In this document: positions 47,528 through 56,303 of the stretch, one piece after another | Numbering within the stretch: position 1 is the first letter of the stretch | Layout of the letters: every line of letters begins with the position of its first letter | Origin: a virus | Lineage: Duplodnaviria > Caudoviricetes | Length of the DNA stretch: 64,000 bases | Direction: 5' to 3' (one strand) | Virus record (IMG/VR): IMGVR_UViG_3300017780_002943 | Coordinates: 3,415 to 67,414 of that record | Program-made: the position numbers and the translations under genes | Notes under the pieces: model-generated | What the model was told of the DNA's origin: nothing | The model's input: only the letters and a program-made list of their open reading frames with translations | Databases searched by the model: none

Positions 47528-48023
47528 CACCTCTTTCAAAGACCTTGATATACTTCAGATAGTTCTTTTGTTGTTGCATAAGAATATCTCTACAATATTC
47601 TCTAAATCTTACACTTGACTCTAGGATTCTATCGTCAACTACTTCAGTTGGTTTACCATGTGATTCTATACATGTGTCACATAGAAAGTTACCTATTTCG
47701 AAATTACTCATTTCAGATTTAATTTCACATCTACATATACTACACTTCCAGTTAATTCTTTTTGAGTCTTCAATCAACTCATCATAACAGGTTATTCTAT
47801 CAGTATAGTTGTTGTAATAGAGCTTTAGGTGATCTTTATGATGTGTTTCATACTCTAGAATTTTGAACAGAACCTGAACATACCTATCATCAGTTGCTGC
47901 ATGTGGCCTGATAAGTGGGTTTTGTTCTAAAAATCTAACTTGATAAGGTTTAAGCTCTTTGAATCTTATGCCATATAAACCTCTGCTGTGACCTCTTGAT
48001 CTTACAAATTTGACTGGCTTCAT
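47517..48023 (-). CDS. Hypothetical Zn-finger protein
   Basis: CSIC...CDTC; coupled to the upstream minus-strand gene; no competing + strand ORF. Confidence 0.65.
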   Translation of the reverse strand: MKPVKFVRSRGHSRGLYGIRFKELKPYQVRFLEQNPLIRPHAATDDRYVQVLFKILEYETHHKDHLKLYYNNYTDRITCYDELIEDSKRINWKCSICRCEIKSEMSNFEIGNFLCDTCIESHGKPTEVVDDRILESSVRFREYCRDILMQQQKNYLKYIKVFERGVKK

Positions 48024-48331
48024 CTCATGTTTTTTAGACGATCCTTATACTTCTGCTTTGTATTTTGCCATTCAGACTTAAGCCCTCTTAATGCGGATTT
48101 TTCAGTTTCTCTCTGTACTCCGTCTTGGGCACCTTTGATATCATCTTGGAATGAATCCTTTTTCCTTTCGTACTCAAGTTTATCCTGCTTAAATTTGATA
48201 TCATATTCGGCTGCCGCGGCCTTATTAGTATACTTCTGTACTCTTTTCATGGCTTTTTGTATTTGATCCTCAGTTGCATCAATTGCATCTTTCTCGTATA
48301 GAAAAGCCTCAAAGGTCTTTATGTATTTCAT
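48020..48331 (-). CDS. Putative internal head protein (CTS-like MKYIKTFEAFLYE), coiled coil
   Basis: Second ATG (48331) exposes the CTS and lies 16 nt from a minus-strand AATATATA. Confidence 0.6.
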   Translation of the reverse strand: MKYIKTFEAFLYEKDAIDATEDQIQKAMKRVQKYTNKAAAAEYDIKFKQDKLEYERKKDSFQDDIKGAQDGVQRETEKSALRGLKSEWQNTKQKYKDRLKNMR

Positions 48332-48347
48332 TGTCGACATCTTGGTT

Positions 48348-48355
48348 TATATATT
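48348..48355 (-). promoter_or_regulatory. Putative late promoter AATATATA (minus strand)
   Basis: Oriented towards the only minus-strand genes in the window. Confidence 0.55.
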
Positions 48356-48384
48356 GAAACTTAAACATCTTGCTGTTGTATAAG
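48354..48384 (+). promoter_or_regulatory. Putative TTGAAAC-class promoter of the clamp-loader gene
   Basis: TTGAAA-N19-TATAAG, 14 nt before ATG 48399. Confidence 0.6.
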
Positions 48385-48398
48385 AATAAAGTGTAATT

Positions 48399-49358
48399 AT
48401 GTCTATAACAAATATCTTATTAACTGAAAAGTACCGCCCAGCATTACTAGAAGATCTAATCATACCAAATAGGATTAGAACAAAGCTGAACGATGGCGTG
48501 TATCAACATATGCTATTTTTTGGCTCACCTGGTACTGGCAAAACCAGTGCTGCTAAAGCCTTATGTAATCAATTTGGTCTAGAGTATCGCTACATCAATG
48601 CATCTGATGAGACAAGCGTTGATGTAATCCGTGAAAAGATTACAAAGTTTTGCACTACCGCTTCTTTGACTTCACTTGAAGGTAAAATGAAAGTCGTGAT
48701 ACTTGATGAGATTGATGGTGTAAGTGACCAGTTTAATAAAGCGCTTAAAGCAACAATGGATTCGTTTTCAAAAAACACCAGATTCGTTGCAACAACCAAT
48801 CACATCAATAAAATACCTGAAGCGGTTCTTAGCCGATTTGAGCAAATCAACTTTGACTTTACAAAGGAGGAAGAGACAGAACAGCTTAAGTTTTACATGA
48901 AACGGGTATATGAAATTGTAAAAAAGGAAGGTGCTGAAATTGAAAAGCCAGCTCTTCTGGAATTAGTAAAGCGTAAATTCCCAGATCTACGTAATACACT
49001 TACTGTTCTGCAAGGATATCTTGCTGAAGGTAAAACAACCATTACAATTGATGATGTAAAAAAATTCCATGGTGTTTTCAAAGACGTCTATGAATTGATA
49101 TTCAACAACATCGACCCTGTTAAGAACTATCAATATCTTGCATCAGAGTATAGTAATAGAGTAGATGACGTATTGGCTGGTCTCGGCGGTGATTTTATTG
49201 AGTACATTCAAATGGAACATCCGACGGCAGCTAAGCATATACCGCAAATAGTAATAACAGTTGCTGAACATCAAGCACAACGTGTACATGTTATCGACCA
49301 AGTGGTTACAATGCTTTCATGTGTTTATACGATACAGGGTATTTTACATGCAAAATAA
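48399..49358 (+). CDS. gp44: Clamp loader AAA+ subunit, T4 gp44 / RFC-like
   Basis: GSPGTGKT, INAS, ILDEID, LSRF, PDLR. Confidence 0.92.
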   Translation: MSITNILLTEKYRPALLEDLIIPNRIRTKLNDGVYQHMLFFGSPGTGKTSAAKALCNQFGLEYRYINASDETSVDVIREKITKFCTTASLTSLEGKMKVVILDEIDGVSDQFNKALKATMDSFSKNTRFVATTNHINKIPEAVLSRFEQINFDFTKEEETEQLKFYMKRVYEIVKKEGAEIEKPALLELVKRKFPDLRNTLTVLQGYLAEGKTTITIDDVKKFHGVFKDVYELIFNNIDPVKNYQYLASEYSNRVDDVLAGLGGDFIEYIQMEHPTAAKHIPQIVITVAEHQAQRVHVIDQVVTMLSCVYTIQGILHAK

Positions 49359-49418
49359 TCTGCAAAGCTCTTTAGTATTAAAGATTTTTATGTTAGATTT
49401 ACAAAATAACAAAACAAT

Positions 49419-50624
49419 ATGAGAAATCACAATCTAATCATAGATGGCAACTACTTTATTTACAGTAGATTGTTTGTACTACCAAGACAAAAAGTCCCAG
49501 CAGGCTTTGGCGAATCAGCTAACATAGATACAAGATTTATGTCTACTGAATCTGAAATGGCTATATTCATGCGCAAACTGGCCACAGATTTCGCATCTGA
49601 GTTACGTAAAGTCAAAAACATCACCGGCCGAATAATCTTCACACAAGACTCAAAGTCCTGGAGAAAAGACTTGTTTCCTGAATCTGAATACAAGGCTAAC
49701 AGAGAGCAGGACAGTAAGATACACTGGGCAAATGTACATAAAGTAGTAGAAGAGTTCACCGGATATCTAAAAGAGAAAGGTGTAATTATACACAGGGTAT
49801 CAGGTGCCGAAGGTGATGACCTAGTATATGCTTGGACTTGTGCACTTAATAGCAAAGGCGAGAATTGTATCATCTGGTCAGGCGATACAGATCTGATGCA
49901 ATTGGTAAATTACAATAAGTCTACCGATTCATATACACTATGGTATGACAATACTAGATCTAGATTGGCTGTGTACCCTGGCTTCCAAAAATACCTTGAC
50001 ATCAAAGATGGAAGTAAAGAAAGCGAGTACGATGCTATTGATGATATATTTAGTGTAGATCATATTTTGCTTGTCAGCAACCAGGTTAAAGAAGAGTTCA
50101 AGATCTTCATAAGCTCAAACAGCCTTGAGACAAACGAAATATACTGCGATGATTATGTCTTCATGAAAATCCTGACAGGTGACAAATCAGATAATATCAA
50201 GTCCGTATACTCAGTAGAGAAGATTGGCAAGACTGGCAAACCTAGAACATCTAGAATTAACGATGAAAAGGCTAAGAACATCTTGAACACTTTCAAGAAA
50301 AGGCATGGTCGTTTCTCGTCAATGTATCTCTTTGAAGAGTCATTCAAGGAAGATATTGTAAAAATGATAGCTTCTGAAATGAAACTTACTGGCAGTGAAG
50401 GTCTTTTATCTAATCTGGAGTTAAATACAAATTTGATACTTCTGCACAGTGCAACAATACCAGAAACATTACAGACGATTATGTTCAATCATATCGACGA
50501 AATGTTAACTGATAATAAGTTAGATATGAGAAACTTGCTTTCAAAAGATAGTATATTACATGGTAGTAGCTACTTAAACCCTAGCTTCAAACAAAACACA
50601 GGTAATACAAGCAGTTTATTCTAA
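49419..50624 (+). CDS. rnh: 5'-3' flap exonuclease / T4 RNase H-like
   Basis: IIDGN, DSKSWRK, YKANR, EGDD, SGDTD, GDKSDNI; ends TSSLF. Confidence 0.88.
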   Translation: MRNHNLIIDGNYFIYSRLFVLPRQKVPAGFGESANIDTRFMSTESEMAIFMRKLATDFASELRKVKNITGRIIFTQDSKSWRKDLFPESEYKANREQDSKIHWANVHKVVEEFTGYLKEKGVIIHRVSGAEGDDLVYAWTCALNSKGENCIIWSGDTDLMQLVNYNKSTDSYTLWYDNTRSRLAVYPGFQKYLDIKDGSKESEYDAIDDIFSVDHILLVSNQVKEEFKIFISSNSLETNEIYCDDYVFMKILTGDKSDNIKSVYSVEKIGKTGKPRTSRINDEKAKNILNTFKKRHGRFSSMYLFEESFKEDIVKMIASEMKLTGSEGLLSNLELNTNLILLHSATIPETLQTIMFNHIDEMLTDNKLDMRNLLSKDSILHGSSYLNPSFKQNTGNTSSLF

Positions 50625-51106
50625 TGGCTAAAAAAGAAAGACAGAAAAAGGAAAGAGTTAAAAAAGCAAAGCCATCTACCATTGGGTATGATGGCACGCT
50701 TTTTGGTTTTATAAAAATCTTCTTTACAGATTCTGAAACATATAGTAGTCTTAAGCAATACGATAAGGGCAAGAATAGATTTATGGTCAATAGATTTATG
50801 GCCATAAATTACCCAAACATGGCTAACAAGCTTAACAGAGTGGGTACAAACGCTGCAAACGTAGTTGACAGTTGGTATATGATTGCACAGAGATATACCC
50901 GGGTACCAGGATGGATATACACTAAACTAAACAAGCAAACAAAGGTTGATAACAAGGTTTACGATCCAGACCCAGAAGCTCTCAAATTCTATCTAAATAA
51001 ATATCAAATAGGTCAACGGGATTTTAAGCTAGCTCTTAAATTTAATCCAGATGAGGTGATGAAAGAAATCGATTATATCGAAAAACAAATGAAGGCTAAT
51101 GAGTGA
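50624..51106 (+). CDS. Putative clamp loader small subunit, gp62-like
   Basis: FMVNRFMA...WIYTK pattern; close to gp44. Confidence 0.5.
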   Translation: MAKKERQKKERVKKAKPSTIGYDGTLFGFIKIFFTDSETYSSLKQYDKGKNRFMVNRFMAINYPNMANKLNRVGTNAANVVDSWYMIAQRYTRVPGWIYTKLNKQTKVDNKVYDPDPEALKFYLNKYQIGQRDFKLALKFNPDEVMKEIDYIEKQMKANE

Positions 51107-51755
51107 AAAATTAAATTATCCGTATTTAGATTTTCCAAATGTTATAGACATAACTCTTTACAAGAACAATTATTACGATAACTTAATCGTAAATAAGATA
51201 AGAAAGGAAGCAGACTACGGTGATTTACCTGATCTTAAAGATTGCTACATTGTATGGGCCAAAGATTTCCAGGAGATATTGTATACTTCCTTTTCAAGCG
51301 AAATCGATAAGATAAGATCTTTACCTTCTACTGATTTACAAAAGAATGCGACCAGTCTATATTTCATGGACAAGATCTTTTCAACATTCGGCAACCTGAA
51401 ATATGTTAAGGTCAATGTTTCCAGAGATGTTAACTACAGCAGAGTTAACAAGGCCGAAAAGGTACCAACGATATTCTTTAACTATAAAATAACAGCATCA
51501 TGTATCGATCTTACCAAGATATATGATAACAGTACACTATTACAGGTCAATCAGTTATTTGTAGAAAATGGGTTATGTGCCCATGACAATATATTGGGAT
51601 TCGACCACATCATAGAAATTAAAGCCCAGGAGTTTATTAAATTTCTAGAAGACAACGAAGATAATCCACTTACACCTTATCTGTTTGAGTTAATAGACCC
51701 AAAAACAGAGTCTGACAATCCTCTAATCATATTCATCACAGACTTCGATATTTAA
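51099..51755 (+). CDS. Hypothetical protein (218 aa)
   Basis: Overlapping gene run; no motif recognised. Confidence 0.6.
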   Translation: MSEKLNYPYLDFPNVIDITLYKNNYYDNLIVNKIRKEADYGDLPDLKDCYIVWAKDFQEILYTSFSSEIDKIRSLPSTDLQKNATSLYFMDKIFSTFGNLKYVKVNVSRDVNYSRVNKAEKVPTIFFNYKITASCIDLTKIYDNSTLLQVNQLFVENGLCAHDNILGFDHIIEIKAQEFIKFLEDNEDNPLTPYLFELIDPKTESDNPLIIFITDFDI

Positions 51756-51774
51756 TCTTCAGATCTCGCCAATA

Positions 51775-51782
51775 AATATATA
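51775..51782 (+). promoter_or_regulatory. Putative late promoter AATATATA
   Basis: 17 nt before ATG 51800. Confidence 0.55.
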
Positions 51783-51799
51783 GCTAAAGAAGCAATTTA

Positions 51800-53761
51800 A
51801 TGGCAGCACAAGATTATATAGTAGATAAATTAGATGAAACTCTAATTATAAAGCTTTCTGAACCCTATGAAAAGGTTGAGCAAGTTATGGGATATATTGA
51901 TGAGGTCATTGGCGAGGATAGTGCCAATAAATTCGAAAGATATTTTAGATGGTGTCAAGACAATGTAAACTTCTCAGACTGGATATTACTTACAGATCTT
52001 AATCTTGCCAACCAGGTCATAGACCCATTAAAGCCCTTCTGGATTGAATACAAATATGTTGTAGTTGAATTAGAAACGGGCCATACAATGGAATTTATTT
52101 CCATTGCTCTGGAAATCGTATCAGACAATGGTGTAGTAAGACAAGTAAAGCAAGTAGGTGTAGATTGTTGTGAACCTGGTCAAATACCCAATGGTTGCCA
52201 AAATCTAATTGTTACTGACTGTTGCGATCCTGACGATCTCTTCAACCCTTATGCGATGCTGAACAACACAAAGAACATGTTCAGTCAACTTACAAATGTG
52301 GTTAATGATATATTCGGCCACTGTGTTAAGTATTACAAAGTAAGTTCAGATCCTAGAAGTAAAGACGTAATCTTAAACGAATATTCACTTTATGATGTAA
52401 TAGCCCTTAAGGAGATTAAGATTCTGGTACCAGATAATGCATTCCCTCCTAACGAGTTCCAGTTTGGTGAATTTGGTATGGACTTCGAAAGTTTTGAAAT
52501 TCATATAACAAGAGAAGAGTTTCAGAAAGCATTTGGTCCTAGAACAATGCCACAAGAGCGTGACTACATTTACTTTCCTTTAATTGACAGAATGTATGAA
52601 ATCAATTCTGTTGCCCTAGCTGACCCAGTTGTATACAAAGAAATTTATTATAAAGCAACCCTTAGAAAATGGCAGGAAAGAGCCAACGTTGAAACACCTG
52701 TTGATATCCAACAGGATCTTGACGATCTAACGTTAAGTGTTGATGAGTTATTCGGTGAAGAGGTTAAAGATGAAACTTTAAAAATTACTAAGCCACAGCA
52801 GTACAGAACTATCGGTACTGGTGCAAATGACTATGTAAGAAGTGACCTTTCAAAGCAATTATCTATATCAGACTATAAGATTAACAACAACTGGGTTATA
52901 GTTTCAAAGAATCATTATGAGCTAAACAAACTTACACCTAATGAACTTGCTGTTAAGTATAGACAAAGAGCTAAATTCTTAAGTACTGAAGATAGAGCAT
53001 TTACATTTTGGTTCCAGCCTGCGTTTCCTGCAGAAAGGGCCTACAGCATCTTATCCAGTATTTCAGAATCTGATGGTTCTGATGGTAATGCTATGTTGAC
53101 TTTCTTTGATGAAAGAAAATATAGCATCGGAGATCTTATACAGATTACAGATGGTGGTGACTATAACGGTTTCCATAGAATACTACAGGCTCCTTCAGGT
53201 GGCACTCAATTTGTTATAGATACACCATTTACAGGCAATGTGCCAGGTGCAAAAGCCAGATCAGTTGTAAAAACATTCTTGATACATGGCTACGGTGGCC
53301 TATTTAGCGGCCTTTCGGTTGAAGTTACTAGAACATTTATTATAGTGTCAATCAATAATGTTGACTACTTCTTTACACACGGCGTTACATTTGATCCAGA
53401 TAAGTGGTACCCACTTGTACTTAATTTATCAAACGCATTTAAGTCACTTTCAGTATATCTGTATGAGCTTGATAAGCAACTTAATTTCACGATGCCACAA
53501 AACGAAACTTCTGCACTTAAGTTATTGTATAATGATTTGATATTCCTGCCTTCTCAGGTTGGTATCGATTCTGAAGACTATTGGGCCCTATTAGCAGGAC
53601 CTGTAAAACTAACAAACATTAGAATATTCAAACGTATAATAGAAGAAGAGGCCCACAATATAGTACTCAATCAGTATGTTGTACATGATACACAATACGC
53701 TGAATTAGTAGATAATGCTATACCTGAACTCCAACTTCTAAGATTACCAAACCCGAGATAA
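51800..53761 (+). CDS. Neck protein gp14-like with extra N-terminal and LamG-like C-terminal domains
   Basis: VKYYK, FGEFGMDF, PQERDYIYFPL-RMYEI; C-part FTFWFQP...WYPLVLN...NIRIF. Confidence 0.7.
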   Translation: MAAQDYIVDKLDETLIIKLSEPYEKVEQVMGYIDEVIGEDSANKFERYFRWCQDNVNFSDWILLTDLNLANQVIDPLKPFWIEYKYVVVELETGHTMEFISIALEIVSDNGVVRQVKQVGVDCCEPGQIPNGCQNLIVTDCCDPDDLFNPYAMLNNTKNMFSQLTNVVNDIFGHCVKYYKVSSDPRSKDVILNEYSLYDVIALKEIKILVPDNAFPPNEFQFGEFGMDFESFEIHITREEFQKAFGPRTMPQERDYIYFPLIDRMYEINSVALADPVVYKEIYYKATLRKWQERANVETPVDIQQDLDDLTLSVDELFGEEVKDETLKITKPQQYRTIGTGANDYVRSDLSKQLSISDYKINNNWVIVSKNHYELNKLTPNELAVKYRQRAKFLSTEDRAFTFWFQPAFPAERAYSILSSISESDGSDGNAMLTFFDERKYSIGDLIQITDGGDYNGFHRILQAPSGGTQFVIDTPFTGNVPGAKARSVVKTFLIHGYGGLFSGLSVEVTRTFIIVSINNVDYFFTHGVTFDPDKWYPLVLNLSNAFKSLSVYLYELDKQLNFTMPQNETSALKLLYNDLIFLPSQVGIDSEDYWALLAGPVKLTNIRIFKRIIEEEAHNIVLNQYVVHDTQYAELVDNAIPELQLLRLPNPR

Positions 53762-53763
53762 AC

Positions 53764-54456
53764 ATGAACGGAAAAAAGAATTATCGAAAACAAGCAAATG
53801 ATATAAGATCTTCACTTGATGATATATTAAACGACTCAGACTCGTTAGATTTGCCTATCGATAACACAGAATTAACCCCTATTAGAAGACCTGACCCATT
53901 TGACTACACTAAAAAGAAGGGTGATGCTACTAATCAGGCTAAAAAGACTATCAGCACGCTACTCAAATTTTATCTCAGTGAAGAGATAATCAATAATGAT
54001 GAGTATGTAAAAGCCAAAATGAAAATTGAAGAGATGACTTTAAGTAGTCTTATCTTTCAAATGGAAACGGCTGAACGTGCAATCACTACACTCCTCCAAC
54101 AAATAGATGATGGCGATGTCTCCCCGCGTATGTTCGAAGTTCTGGGCACATTACAGAAGTCTATGCTTGATATCATTAAGAGCCAGACCATGTATATGAT
54201 GGCTACTGAAGAAGGCGTTAAGAAACTGGCCAGAGACTATGATGTGTATTCAGAAAGAAAACAATTAAGATCAGGTGAGGAAAAAAAGATTGAAGGCCCT
54301 ACAAATGTAAACAGAGGTACTAAAAATCTAATGATGCAGATACAGGAGGAGATGGAAGCAAACAAACAGGAAGAACAGGTTTTTGATAGCGAGCCTGTGA
54401 ATGAAGATCCAGATGATGACTTTCCTGTAGAAAATTATGACGAACATGACGAATGA
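53764..54456 (+). CDS. Putative terminase small subunit
   Basis: Helical; overlaps the TerL start; contains SPRMFEVL. Confidence 0.5.
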   Translation: MNGKKNYRKQANDIRSSLDDILNDSDSLDLPIDNTELTPIRRPDPFDYTKKKGDATNQAKKTISTLLKFYLSEEIINNDEYVKAKMKIEEMTLSSLIFQMETAERAITTLLQQIDDGDVSPRMFEVLGTLQKSMLDIIKSQTMYMMATEEGVKKLARDYDVYSERKQLRSGEEKKIEGPTNVNRGTKNLMMQIQEEMEANKQEEQVFDSEPVNEDPDDDFPVENYDEHDE

Positions 54457-56269
54457 TTTTATGATACCAATGGGCTCTAGCCCTGAGGAACCACAAGCAG
54501 ATAAATCAATATGGTCAACGCTCGGAGTAGAGAAACTACTAAGAGCCATGGATGAAGGTTATAAAGTAAAGTCTACACCTTTCCATGAAGGTAATATAAA
54601 TTATAGAAGAGGTAACATTGTATTTGAGTATACAGATGAGGAAATGCAGCACATTAAAAGATGTGCAACAGACATTCTTTATTTTGCTGAGAACTTTGCA
54701 ACTGTAATGACCGATAAAGGTCTACAAAGAATCGAGCTTAGAGACTATCAGAAAGATATGCTTGTAAACTTTGTAAACAATCGTTTCAATGTATGTCTCG
54801 CTTCAAGGCAGATAGGTAAAACAATCCGCTCATCTATATTCATAGCCTGGTACGTTTTATTTAATTATGATAAGAACGCACTTATACTTTCGAATAAGGG
54901 AGCTACAACAAAAGAGATCATTGATAAAGTAAAAGCGATTCTCGAAAATCTTCCGTTCTTCTTAAAGCCAGGTATGCTTAAGAATGATGTAATGAATATG
55001 AAGTTCGATAACGGTTGCCGCATTGTAGGTCAATCTACAACAGGTAAAGCGGGTATCGGTTTTACTATTCACCTTCTATTCCTAGACGAGTTTGCTCACA
55101 TTCACCACTCTTTCGTTGACAGCTTCTATGAAAACGTTTATCCTACGCTGTCTTCATCGAAAGTATCTAGGATTATTATTACCAGTACGCCTAACGGCTA
55201 TAATAAATTCTTTGAAATCTATGATGCAGCAGATAAAAGACAAAACGAGTTTTCTTCTTTTAGGGTAGACTGGTGGCAAGTACCGGGTAGAGATGAGAAA
55301 TGGAAAGTACAAGAGGTTAAAAACTTAGGTAGCGAAGAGGCGTTTAACCGCCAGTATGGTAACCAGTTCATGGCATCCAGTAATCTATTGCTTAACGGCG
55401 CATCAATTAAAAAGCTTAAGAAGTACGAGAAGAAATTCACATATAGAGAATTTGATGAATTTGAAAGAATTTCTCTGGATATGCAAAGGTTTACATTCTT
55501 TAATTCTGAATATGATGATGTGAGCTTTAAGGATAAATCTAAATACTGGGTGTTCTCCGTTGATATTGCCGAGGGCGTAGGCGGCGACTACACTGTTATC
55601 AATATCTGGGAAATTATACCTATGATAAAGAATGATTTTTCAAGAATCAATTCACCTAGTTCTATAAACGACTTTTTTGCCCTAAGGCAGGTCGGTCTTT
55701 TTAGAAGTAACGAGCATAGTGTTGAAGATATATCAAAAATACTTTATACTCTAGCTATTGATATTTTTGACCAGGAAAACGTTAAACTTGTAATAGAGTA
55801 TAATACCTATGGTGCAACTGTTATCGCACACTTACAGACCATATTTCCACAAAGAAATGAGTTCGATGAGGAAATGATTGTTAAGTTTAAACATCGCCAC
55901 GATGCAGCTACTACTAAGTACGGTCTTAGAATAAAAAAGGATAACAAGACACTTCTTTGTCAAAATCTTAAAAAGCTTATTGAACAGAATCGTTTGTTTG
56001 TAAGCGACACTGAAACGGTAAAAGAGTTATCAACATTTGGTAGAACTCCAAGTGGCTCATATATAGGACAAATGGGCCATGACGATCACGTAATGACTTG
56101 TGTATCAGTTACAGAATTTTTTGCTACTCTAGACTATTCAGACTTTATTGAAGAAATCTTAGACGACATTGATAGCGAATTATATGACGCAATGGAGGTA
56201 GAATTACAGAAGAGTAATAAAGAAGGAGACGGTAACATGTTTTATGATATTTACGACCTGCTTGGCTGA
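54437..56269 (+). CDS. gp17: Terminase large subunit, T4 gp17-like
   Basis: LRDYQ, SRQIGKT, LFLDEFAH, ITSTPNG, SVDIAEG-GGDY, HDDHVM. Confidence 0.93.
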   Translation: MTNMTNDFMIPMGSSPEEPQADKSIWSTLGVEKLLRAMDEGYKVKSTPFHEGNINYRRGNIVFEYTDEEMQHIKRCATDILYFAENFATVMTDKGLQRIELRDYQKDMLVNFVNNRFNVCLASRQIGKTIRSSIFIAWYVLFNYDKNALILSNKGATTKEIIDKVKAILENLPFFLKPGMLKNDVMNMKFDNGCRIVGQSTTGKAGIGFTIHLLFLDEFAHIHHSFVDSFYENVYPTLSSSKVSRIIITSTPNGYNKFFEIYDAADKRQNEFSSFRVDWWQVPGRDEKWKVQEVKNLGSEEAFNRQYGNQFMASSNLLLNGASIKKLKKYEKKFTYREFDEFERISLDMQRFTFFNSEYDDVSFKDKSKYWVFSVDIAEGVGGDYTVINIWEIIPMIKNDFSRINSPSSINDFFALRQVGLFRSNEHSVEDISKILYTLAIDIFDQENVKLVIEYNTYGATVIAHLQTIFPQRNEFDEEMIVKFKHRHDAATTKYGLRIKKDNKTLLCQNLKKLIEQNRLFVSDTETVKELSTFGRTPSGSYIGQMGHDDHVMTCVSVTEFFATLDYSDFIEEILDDIDSELYDAMEVELQKSNKEGDGNMFYDIYDLLG

Positions 56270-56275
56270 TATATA
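56268..56275 (+). promoter_or_regulatory. Putative late promoter GATATATA
   Basis: 28 nt before ATG 56304. Confidence 0.55.
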
Positions 56276-56303
56276 ATCCAAATAAAAATAACGTATATAA
56301 AAA

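Noticed and set aside
49394-49401. TAGATTTA as a Bacteroidota -7 promoter (TAnnTTTG) before the RNase H gene
   Set aside because: Mismatch at the conserved G and no clear -33 TTTG; a single AT-rich instance is not enough
54809-54835. Arg just after TerL Walker A (GKTIRSS), one base from Cys (CGC/TGC)
   Set aside because: A single residue cannot be told apart from natural variation or a base-call error without reads or an alignment; other motifs are intact
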